Source: Acidobacteriota bacterium
Lineage (GTDB): Bacteria > Acidobacteriota > UBA890 > WLXD01
Direction of reading: 5' to 3'
NCBI GenBank assembly: GCA_963666215.2
Contig: CAXWPL010000004.1
Span: 928,001 to 992,000 of the forward strand
DNA length: 64,000 bases
In this document: positions 50,267-58,859 of the stretch, piece after piece
Position numbering within the stretch: position 1 is the stretch's first letter
Layout: each line of letters starts with the position of its first letter
Position numbers and translations under genes: made by a program
Notes under the pieces: model-generated
Seen by the model: the letters and a program-made list of their open reading frames with translations, nothing else
Told to the model about the DNA's origin: nothing
Database searches by the model: none

Positions 50267-50295
50267 ATTCTAGGCGACGCCTGTCGGGATAGCAA
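50267..50295 (-). promoter_or_regulatory. Sigma70-type promoter of the his operon
   Basis: TTGCTA-17 nt-TAGAAT; the leader ATG follows 6 nt after the -10 box. Confidence 0.75.
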
Positions 50296-50500
50296 GCGAC
50301 CACCTGTCGCAGCACCCTCGAGAGCCGGTCACCATCGGGCGACTGCGGACAGGAGCCAGATGGAGAGAGACAAACCTGCTGCCGGCCAGACGCAGATCCC
50401 GGAAGCTTCGGGGCCGCGAGGAGATCCGTTGTGACTTCACCGTCACTGCCGGCTTGCCACGCTCCGGAATGGTAACGTCGCGCGACCGCTTTTTTTGACG

Positions 50501-50514
50501 CCCCCCCCCCCCCC
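50501..50514. repeat. Poly-C tract (14 nt)
   Basis: Direct reading; 6 nt upstream of ATG 50521. Confidence 0.9.
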
Positions 50515-50520
50515 GCAGCC

Positions 50521-52248
50521 ATGGTCGATCACGCGACGCACAAGCAACTGCACCGCCAACGCAAGCGCGCAGCCGCGTCGATCTTCAGATCCGGCGATGG
50601 TTCGGCGCCCAAGTCGGCGCCGGCTCGCATCAAGTGGGTTGCTGTGGTCGGGTTGATGAGCCTCCTCGCAGGGGCTGGTTGCCAGACCTTCGAACGGGCG
50701 CCGCTGCCTCGCGGCGACGGGCCTTCGTTGGTTTTGCTCATCTCGATCGATCAGGCGCGTGCCGAGTACCTGACGCGGTTCCGTCCGGCATTCACCGGCG
50801 GACTCGCCTACCTGCTCGATAACGGCGCGGTGTTCACCGACGCGCATCAGAATCACTCGATGACGGCGACCGCGCCCGGTCACGCGACGCTCGCGACCGG
50901 CCTCAACCCGGGTCGCAGCGGCATCGTTGGCAACGGTTGGTATGACCGCGAGCGCGCCGAGCAGATCTACTCGGCGCGCCGCGATGATGTCACTGGACCC
51001 GGCTGGCTGATGGGCACGGCGCTCGGTGACTGGATGAAAGCGGCCGATAGCCGCTCCAAGGTGTTCTCGGCCAGCGCCAAAGACAGATCCGCCGTCATAT
51101 TCGGCGGCCAGAACCCCAATGGCGCCTATTGGTACAACCAGGATACCGGTGCTTGGCGAACGAGCTCCTACTACGGACGGCGGCGGCGCGTCTGGGTCCA
51201 GGAGTACAATAGCGACTCGCTGCTGGACTCCTTTTTCGGCGTTGCTTGGGAGCCACTACCGCTGCCCGACACCGTCGATCTCGACGAGCTCGGAATGGCG
51301 GAACCCGACACCGGCGCCTGGGACTACACGTTTCCGCACGTCATCGGCAGAGGCTCTCTCGAGCCCGACATCGGCTTCTACAACGCCGTCTACGACTCAC
51401 CACTGGCGGACTGGTATCTGGCACGGTTCGCGATGGCCATCCTCGACAACGAGGGGCTCGGCGACGACGGCAGCCCCGATCTTCTGGCGATTTCTTTCTC
51501 GGCAGCCGATACCGTCGGACACAGCTACGGTCCGAACAGCCGCGAGGTGCTCGACGTGTTCGTGCGGCTCGATCGCGCGCTCGGCGAGCTGTTCGATTTC
51601 ATCGAGCGCGAAGTTGGCATGCAGCACGTCGTCATCGGCCTGTCGGCCGATCATGGGGTGGCACCCCTTCCGGAGGTTCGTGCTCTCCAAGGCGAGGCCG
51701 GCGAGCGCAGGGATCCGTCCGACGTGTTGTGCGTGCAGGGTGCCGGCACACGGCTCGAACAGGAGTTCGGATTGGCAAATGCCGACTGGGCATCACGCGA
51801 CCTGTATCTGAACCCGCTCGTCGTCGAAGCGGCCGGTTACTCGGTGGCGGCTGTGGAGTCGAGACTTGCCGAGCTGGTGATGGCGTGCCCGTCGGTTCTC
51901 CACGTCCTCACGGCAACGCAGCTGGCGGCCGGCTCACAGCCAGCGGGAGTCGACCCCGAGATCTGGCAGCGCGCCCGTAACAACTTCCATCCGCTCCGCA
52001 GCCCCAATCTGCTCATCGTCTATGAGCCGTTCTTCTTGGAGCAGATGGGCATGGGCACCACCCACGGGAGTCCGCACCACTACGACTCCAACGTGCCGTT
52101 CGTTGTCGTCGCGCCCGGCGCTTCGCCGGCTGTTGTTGATACACGGGTCAACACAGTGGATATGGCACCGACGCTGGCGACGCTGCTGGGCATTCCAATG
52201 CCGGATGTCGACGGCGTCGAGCGCACAAGCCTCCTGCCCTGGCGGTAG
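50521..52248 (+). CDS. Alkaline phosphatase family (PafA/NPP-like) lipoprotein
   Basis: LAGAGC lipobox, ISIDQAR, TAPGHATLATG, SAKDRSA, DTVGHSYGP, SADHG, THGSPHHYDSNVP. Confidence 0.9.
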   Translation: MVDHATHKQLHRQRKRAAASIFRSGDGSAPKSAPARIKWVAVVGLMSLLAGAGCQTFERAPLPRGDGPSLVLLISIDQARAEYLTRFRPAFTGGLAYLLDNGAVFTDAHQNHSMTATAPGHATLATGLNPGRSGIVGNGWYDRERAEQIYSARRDDVTGPGWLMGTALGDWMKAADSRSKVFSASAKDRSAVIFGGQNPNGAYWYNQDTGAWRTSSYYGRRRRVWVQEYNSDSLLDSFFGVAWEPLPLPDTVDLDELGMAEPDTGAWDYTFPHVIGRGSLEPDIGFYNAVYDSPLADWYLARFAMAILDNEGLGDDGSPDLLAISFSAADTVGHSYGPNSREVLDVFVRLDRALGELFDFIEREVGMQHVVIGLSADHGVAPLPEVRALQGEAGERRDPSDVLCVQGAGTRLEQEFGLANADWASRDLYLNPLVVEAAGYSVAAVESRLAELVMACPSVLHVLTATQLAAGSQPAGVDPEIWQRARNNFHPLRSPNLLIVYEPFFLEQMGMGTTHGSPHHYDSNVPFVVVAPGASPAVVDTRVNTVDMAPTLATLLGIPMPDVDGVERTSLLPWR

Positions 52249-52402
52249 GCGGAGGCCTGGAAGCCACGACCCCGGAGCCGGGTCAACGGCGCCTCGAGCC
52301 CACGTCGAGGGAAGTCCGAAGGCGGCTCCTTCGGCTCTTCGAAAGAAGCACTACGCCGCCCAGGCACCACGCCGCCCGACCGAGTCAACTGCTTCGACTC
52401 GA

Positions 52403-52678
52403 CTAGCGCCAGCTAACGGTCGTGGGCTGCGAGGTGGTGCAGTCCACGCGATCGGCCATGTTGGCGGTTGGCAACATGGCGCAGGCCATGTCGAGGCCGG
52501 TCGCGATGACCTCCGCCTCGGTCGAGCCCGATGCCACTCGACACACCGTTTGCCCGTTGTGTGTCACGCACACCTCGCCGGTGAACTGGGCCAGTCCGAG
52601 GCTCGAGTAAACGATCAGGGCGGTTACAACCGCAACAAACAGCACCACGGCGATGACGATGCCTCTTCGACCATTCAA
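52403..52678 (-). CDS. Small membrane-anchored protein with four Cys
   Basis: TTG start with SD GGAGGA; N-terminal TM helix, EVCV..CRVAS..MAC..DC. Confidence 0.65.
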   Translation of the reverse strand: MNGRRGIVIAVVLFVAVVTALIVYSSLGLAQFTGEVCVTHNGQTVCRVASGSTEAEVIATGLDMACAMLPTANMADRVDCTTSQPTTVSWR

Positions 52679-53072
52679 TTCGTGCTGTCCTCCGGACCCG
52701 CGAAGATCGGTAACGACCGACCCTAGCGCACCGTGCTCGTTGTAGCGCACCTTCCGGCGCTGCTGCTTCTGATGCCCATTCGAGTCGCGGTGGGTAGTCA
52801 GGTCCACAATCGCGTTGTCGCGCAAGTGGCCGCTCTGGCCGCGAGTTTCCAGCGTTGGCATCGAGCGCAGATCACTCTATCTCAGCGGTGGGGCCATCGA
52901 CGCAACAAGGAACAGCGAGAGTCAGGAAAGCACAGCGAGCTGGGCTTCTGTCGCCTAGAGTCGCGGCGACCGGGTGCCGGGGCGTTCGTTGGGCTCGTTG
53001 TTCCCGCCAGGCTCGGCGGATACAGTCGTGATGGCGTTTCTTTCCCCGTCCTCGTCGAAGGCGAACCTATTT

Positions 53073-54555
53073 ATGCGATCCACCCGACAGCTCGTGTTCA
53101 TTCGCTATCCGGCGATGCTGATCGTGCTTCTTGCGCTGCTCGTTGCGGTGCCCATCCTGTGGGCCGGTGCGGCATCGGCGAACGACGATGAGGAGTCCTG
53201 GAGGCGGTTTCGTGGGCCCAACGGATCGGGCATCGTCGAGACCAGCGGCTTGCCCACCGAGTTCGGGCACGACACCAACGTCGTGTGGAAAACCGAGCTG
53301 CCCCCCGGACACTCTTCGCCGGTGCTATCCACCGATCGGATCTTCGTGACGGCGGTCGAGGGTGACGAGCTCCTCACCATGGCTCTCGACCGCGCCAATG
53401 GCGAGGTGCTGTGGAGGGTCGCGGCACCGCGGACGCGTAACGATCCGCTCGACCCGCGCAACAACCCGGCCGCGGCCAGTCCGGTACTGGACGACGACAA
53501 CAACATCTACGTTTTCTTCAACGACTTCGGGATTGTGGCCTACTCGTACGACGGTGACGAGTTGTGGAATATGCCGCTCGGGCCGTTCAACAACATCTAT
53601 GGCATGGGGGCCTCGCCTGTCGTCGTCGACGACAAAGTCATCCTGGTGTGCGATCAGAACATCGGCTCGTTCATGATCGCGGTCAACAAGAACACTGGCG
53701 AGACCGTGTGGAGGGTCGATCGGCCCGAGGCCAAGAGCGGGCACTCGACGCCGATTACCTGGGAGTCGCCCGAGGGCGAGACGCAGCTGGCTGGTCCCGG
53801 GTTCGTTTCTGCTCGATGCCTACGACCCGGACACGGGCCAGAAGCTGTGGTGGACGCAGGGCCTGTCGTTCGAGATGAAGTCGACCGCCGTGATCCACAA
53901 CGGCGTGGCCTACATCAACGGCTACGGCTCGCCGCTCAACCAACCCGGCAATATGGTCGAGGTGCCGGCGTTTGCCGACGTGTTGCGCGACAACGACGGT
54001 GACGGCGACGGCATGATGAGCCTCGACGAAATGCCGCCGTCGCGAGCCAACAACTGGTTTGGCTTCGTTGATCTCGACGTCGATAAGGAGCTCAACGAGG
54101 CGGAATGGGAGTACATGCGCGCCGCGCTGGCGAGTCGCAACGGGATGCTGGCGATCAAGCTCGGAGGCGAGGGCGACATGACCGCGCAGAACGTCGTGTG
54201 GGAGTACAACCGCGCCGTGCCGCAGCTGCCATCGCCGCTGGTCTACAACGACATCCTCTATATGGTGAACGACGGCGGCGTGGTGACCTCGTTCAATCCC
54301 GAGACCGGTGAGGTGATCTCACAGGGTCGGTTGAAGGGGGCGGTCGACCAGTACTACGCCTCGCCGGTGGCAGCGGACGGCAAGATCTTCATGCTCTCGG
54401 AGCTCGGCATGTTGTCGGTTCTGGAGTCGGACGGCGGGCTCGACCCGATCAGCGTCTCGGATCTCGACGACCTTTGCTACGCCACGCCGGCGATTGCCGA
54501 CGGTCGACTCTACGTGCGCACCCGCGGCATGCTCTACGCCTTCGGGGCAGACTGA
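53073..54555 (+). CDS. PQQ-like beta-propeller protein with EF-hand-like insert, +1 frameshift near 53790
   Basis: WRRFRGPNGSG, GHSSPV, HSTPI; DGDGDGMMSLDE and DLDVDKELNEAE; [10 protein letters not shown]; removing one G restores QLLVPGSFLLDAYD. Confidence 0.85.
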
Positions 54556-54634
54556 TCGTCCGTAGGGTTCGTTCTTTGCTGCCGCTGCGCGCTGGCCAAT
54601 CTCCAGGCCACAGGCTGCTTCATGGCCTGTCGGC

Positions 54635-55654
54635 GTGAGCGTTGCGTTCCTGTTCACCAACGTCGCGGTGGTGTTGGTTGCCTGTCGAGTGCGGTTCGCC
54701 GGCGAATCTCTGATTCATGCGGCGCCACTCGAGTTGCAGCCGGTCGTCTGGAACATCGCGATCGTGCTGGCCATTGGGCTAGCACTCGTCTCGGGCTGGC
54801 GCGATCGGGAACGTGTTCTCGGGAGAGTCAATTCGCCCGGACCGCCCGGACGGGGCGTGCCGGGCGGCCAGGCGGCCTCCGGGCGCGGGCTCGAGTCCAC
54901 AGCCGGATCGTCGCGACGGGCGCTGTGCGAGCTCATGGTGATTTTCCCGGGGTTGTTCGCCTTTGAGTGGGCTGTTCTGCCGCCGTACCGCTGGCGTCCG
55001 CTCGACTGGGCGATCATGGGCGTGCTGCTGGCACTGGTGATGGGTTTCCTCTGGCGTGATCGACAACAAGCGCGCGGTTGGGGATTCGGTGGAGCCCACC
55101 TGTTAGAGGCTGCTCGGCGCCTGGCGCTGCCCACAGCGGCGATTGTTGCGGCACTTGCCGCGGTTGCTCTCATTGTCGTGGTGCCGATCGATGGCAACGA
55201 GATCGCCGAGTCGCTGGTTTGGTACGCGGTGTACGCAACAGGGCAGCTGCTGGTGTTCCAGGTTTTCCTGGTCACGCGGCTACGCGCGTTGAGCGAGTCG
55301 CGCCGCACCATCGTCCTCGTTGCGAGTTGCTTGTTCGCCCTCGTCCACTGGCCCAACGGCCTGTTGATGCTGGCCACTGGACTCGGCGCGGTGTTGTGGA
55401 CAACGGTCTACCTGGCGGTACCGAGCTTGTACGCACTCGCGGGCTCGATGGCACTCTGCGCCGTCGCCTTCGCGCAGTTCGTGCCCGACCACCTGCACGA
55501 CCACATGCGTACGGGGCCCATCTACGTTCAGCGGCGCGTCGAGAACGAAGCATCGCTCGATGGCCCGCCCGTGGCGCGCCTCCACTTCCCTCACGACTCG
55601 GAGCTGTTGTCGGCCTCCAGATCGCGATTCCGCCACAGGGTCGGGAAGGCGTAG
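54635..55654 (+). CDS. CPBP/CAAX-protease-like integral membrane protein
   Basis: Multiple TM helices, LFALVHWPN motif; catalytic EE motif degenerate. Confidence 0.6.
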   Translation: MSVAFLFTNVAVVLVACRVRFAGESLIHAAPLELQPVVWNIAIVLAIGLALVSGWRDRERVLGRVNSPGPPGRGVPGGQAASGRGLESTAGSSRRALCELMVIFPGLFAFEWAVLPPYRWRPLDWAIMGVLLALVMGFLWRDRQQARGWGFGGAHLLEAARRLALPTAAIVAALAAVALIVVVPIDGNEIAESLVWYAVYATGQLLVFQVFLVTRLRALSESRRTIVLVASCLFALVHWPNGLLMLATGLGAVLWTTVYLAVPSLYALAGSMALCAVAFAQFVPDHLHDHMRTGPIYVQRRVENEASLDGPPVARLHFPHDSELLSASRSRFRHRVGKA

Positions 55655-57492
55655 CCCAGGCCCAGCAGGGCCACGCCGCAGGCAAGAAAGGTGACGACGC
55701 GCCAGCCCGGGTCGACCTCGGAGAGATCGAACAGGAACAGCTTGGCGATCGTCATCGCCATCACCACCGCGCCGCCACGCCGCAGGTCCCGAGAGTCGCC
55801 GCGCAGCCCGACAACGAGCAGAGCCACGGCGTTGACGAACCACGCCGCGGTGACCCAGGCGGCGCCGTTGGACAGCGCACCGAGCTCGCGACCGAGCCAC
55901 AACAGCAGGCCGGCCTGAGCGGCGATGGCGTAGCCGAGTCGCGCGGTTCTCGACTGTATCCAAGCCGAAACCGCCGCCGCGGCGATGACGAAGAGATCGA
56001 TAAACGCGTCGAGGTTGAGGATCGGCGTTGCATTGCCGACGCCGTCGTGCAGGCGCTCGAGGGTGACGATCCCGACCAGCACGAAGAGCACGTGCGCCAG
56101 GATTGCCGGTCGACGAACTCCGGATCGTCGTGCCAGGAGGTGCAGGGCCAGCGCCTCGGCGGCGATTGCCATGAGGCGTGTGTTCCCCAACAGGTCCGAC
56201 ACCGCGAAGGCCACCAATACCGCGGCGGCCATGGCGTGAGTCCAAGCGAGGTTGCGGGCTATTGAGCCCGTATCGCCGTCGGCGTCTTCAGCGTCGGTGG
56301 ATTCGGATGTGCCGCGTAGCGCGAACGCGACCAGGCCCCATATCGCCGCCAGCCCGAGCGCCACCCACCCGGTTGCGCCGGTACGGAGGTGCCAGGCCGC
56401 GCCAATCGCGAGCACCAGGGCGATCGGGGTCGCCATCGTCAGCTGGTGGGCCTGGAACGTCCAAGCTCGGGCGACAACAGCTGTCGGGTTCGTCGCGCCT
56501 GTCTTCAGCGCGCCTCTGCTTGGCGTCGACGGCCACCTATCGGGGTGCGCTGCCGACAGCAGGTCGCGCCCGACCGCGAGGCCCCAGGTCGCCAGTGCCA
56601 GAAAGGCCAAGCCTGCTTGCACCGCGATGGTGTCGGCCGTCAGGGGTCTTCCCGACTGGATCGCCGCACCGGAAAAGATGAACCAGCCGCCCACGGTGGC
56701 GGTCCAGAGCAACAGCCGCCAGCCGGTTCGCATGAACACGGCGCCGGCGCCTGCCAGCACGAGGCACGTGTACACCGACATCCAAACCAGGCTGCCGGGG
56801 CCGGCGTACAGCAGGAACGGTGTTCCCAGTCCGCCGGCCGTCGCGAGTATGGCCATGACGGCCTCGTTGTCGCGCATGGCGAGCGCGAATCCGAGGACGG
56901 TAACGATGACCATGCCCGCGAAGGCGACGCCGTAGGGGATGAGCTCGTAGAGCTGGAACGCCGCGAAGATCGACAGGTAGGCGGCAACGACGCCCCCGCC
57001 CGCCAGCAATCGCGACAGTCCGCGGCGGTGCGTTCGGAGGCGCGTCGAGATCAGCAGCAAAGCCACCGATAGCGCCAGGCCGAGCCCGACGCGAACGGCA
57101 GGACCAATCCAGCCGCGATCGATCGAGTATCTGAAGCCGAGGACAATGCCGAAAAGCAGCAGCCCGATGCCGAGGCGATTGAGCCACTGGCCGGGGTCAG
57201 CTGATAACCGTTGTTGCAGTTGAGCGGCCGCGCCAACCGCGTCGGGTTTGGGAGCGCCCGAGGAGCGAGGTGTGGGCGTTGCTGTGCCCACGACCTGCCG
57301 GCTCGGTTCTGTTGGGCTTGTCGGACGGCCGCCCGGAACCTGCTGCGGCCTCGTGGTTTCCTTTGCTCGCGAATCATGCGCGGTGACGGATCGTTGGAGC
57401 TGAGCTCTCAGCGAAGCTACCGCTTGCTCCAGCGCCGCGACCCGCTCTTCGAGGCGCTGGCGATCGCCGTCATTCTCCGACATGGTGCGCAT
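55591..57492 (-). CDS. DUF2339 family membrane protein
   Basis: LEERVAALE N-terminus, WLNRLGIGLLLFG, GWIGPAVRV, GGLGTPFLL, KLFLFDLS..WRVVTF. Confidence 0.85.
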   Translation of the reverse strand: MRTMSENDGDRQRLEERVAALEQAVASLRAQLQRSVTAHDSRAKETTRPQQVPGGRPTSPTEPSRQVVGTATPTPRSSGAPKPDAVGAAAQLQQRLSADPGQWLNRLGIGLLLFGIVLGFRYSIDRGWIGPAVRVGLGLALSVALLLISTRLRTHRRGLSRLLAGGGVVAAYLSIFAAFQLYELIPYGVAFAGMVIVTVLGFALAMRDNEAVMAILATAGGLGTPFLLYAGPGSLVWMSVYTCLVLAGAGAVFMRTGWRLLLWTATVGGWFIFSGAAIQSGRPLTADTIAVQAGLAFLALATWGLAVGRDLLSAAHPDRWPSTPSRGALKTGATNPTAVVARAWTFQAHQLTMATPIALVLAIGAAWHLRTGATGWVALGLAAIWGLVAFALRGTSESTDAEDADGDTGSIARNLAWTHAMAAAVLVAFAVSDLLGNTRLMAIAAEALALHLLARRSGVRRPAILAHVLFVLVGIVTLERLHDGVGNATPILNLDAFIDLFVIAAAAVSAWIQSRTARLGYAIAAQAGLLLWLGRELGALSNGAAWVTAAWFVNAVALLVVGLRGDSRDLRRGGAVVMAMTIAKLFLFDLSEVDPGWRVVTFLACGVALLGLGYAFPTLWRNRDLEADNSSES

Positions 57493-57504
57493 CTCCTCTC
57501 GGCG

Positions 57505-58827
57505 TCAGGAGCTCTCGGTCGCTCGTTCTGCTACAACGCGTTCGATGTGGCTGGCAAATTCTGGCGACGTCTCGAGCGCAGCTCGGAACGCAGCTCGATC
57601 GAGCTCGTAGAGGTCGCAGTACTCGGTAGCCCGCACGGTGGCGTTGCGCGGCTGCGACGCCAGTAGCGCTGTTTCCCCGAAGTAGGTGCCCTTGCCCAAC
57701 GTGGCAATCACCGACTCGCCGTCGGCGCCAACCACGTCGCCGGGGCCGTACACGACCGAGCGCAACTTCGTGGTGACTCGGCGCAAGAAAGCTTCATCGG
57801 CCTTCTTGAAGATCTCTACAGACTGCAGCATGTCCGACATCAGATACATGGCCACGTCGGTGCGCAACGCCTCGGGCAGCTCCTCGTGGATACGCGCGTC
57901 GTCGAACCCACCTCGGCTTTCCCACAGGTACTGCAGATGGTCGCGGATGCGAAGCCGCATCGCCGCGGGCAGCCCGTGCGAGCGCATGAAGGCGTTCACT
58001 CGGTCGGTGCGCTCCTGGTGCTGCAAGCGCGCGTAGTCGGCTTCGGCGATAAGCCGGGCGATGGTGCCGATGATGTAGGCGTACATGCCCACGCCCAGAA
58101 ACATGATCGCCATCGTGTAGATCTTGGCGGGCGAGGTATGTGGCGTGATGTCTCCGTAGCCTACGGTTGTCAGGGTCGTCACCGACCAGTACAGGACGTC
58201 GACGTAGTGATCGGTGTCCTTGGCCGCGCCGAGCTCGGCGACCAGCATCGACCAGCCGCAAGCGATCCAGTGCGACAACATCAGCACGCCGAAGCCGAAC
58301 GCGGGTACACGTACCAGTCCGGGCTCGAGATCGGCGGCGGTCTGCAGGCGCGCCAACAGGCTGCGTACCTGGAGCAACTTCAAGGCCCGCAGCGACCACA
58401 TCATTTTCCAGGGAGTGAATAGCAGTAAGTGTGCCGGTATTCCCACCAGCACATCCACCAACAGCCCGTGGCCCTTGTACGCACGGGCGACGACGCCGCG
58501 GTCGATCTCCAGACGACCGGCGCGGACGATGCCGGTGTTGAGCTTGACCGCGATATCGGCCAGATACAGCAACGTGATCGCGATGTCGACGACGTGGGTC
58601 CACGTACCCGCCGCCATGAAGCCGGCGATGCGCAGCGGAATCTCGACGCCCGCGAAGATGGCGGTCAACGCGATAACGACGTCCCAGCTCAGCCGCAGGC
58701 GGCCGTTCGGATGCAGCATCGATCTCGGTATCGGGTCGGAGGGACGGGCCAGGGAGTGGGCGGGCGGCGCCACTGCCAGCTGGTCGCACGGAGTACGGTC
58801 GCCACATCGTTCCATCAGCGTCGGCAC
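57505..58827 (-). CDS. Cyclic nucleotide-gated potassium channel; cNMP domain has an in-frame deletion
   Basis: HWIACGW, YWSVTTLTTVGYGDITP filter, C-linker, FGETALL..PRNATV. Confidence 0.88.
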   Translation of the reverse strand: MPTLMERCGDRTPCDQLAVAPPAHSLARPSDPIPRSMLHPNGRLRLSWDVVIALTAIFAGVEIPLRIAGFMAAGTWTHVVDIAITLLYLADIAVKLNTGIVRAGRLEIDRGVVARAYKGHGLLVDVLVGIPAHLLLFTPWKMMWSLRALKLLQVRSLLARLQTAADLEPGLVRVPAFGFGVLMLSHWIACGWSMLVAELGAAKDTDHYVDVLYWSVTTLTTVGYGDITPHTSPAKIYTMAIMFLGVGMYAYIIGTIARLIAEADYARLQHQERTDRVNAFMRSHGLPAAMRLRIRDHLQYLWESRGGFDDARIHEELPEALRTDVAMYLMSDMLQSVEIFKKADEAFLRRVTTKLRSVVYGPGDVVGADGESVIATLGKGTYFGETALLASQPRNATVRATEYCDLYELDRAAFRAALETSPEFASHIERVVAERATESS

Positions 58828-58859
58828 ATGATAGCCGTCCGCTCGCCCCTATTGCCGAT

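Noticed and set aside
50360-50434. 24-codon ORF MERDKPAAGQ.. with an SD-like AGGAG
   Set aside because: No distinctive composition or context; cannot be distinguished from chance
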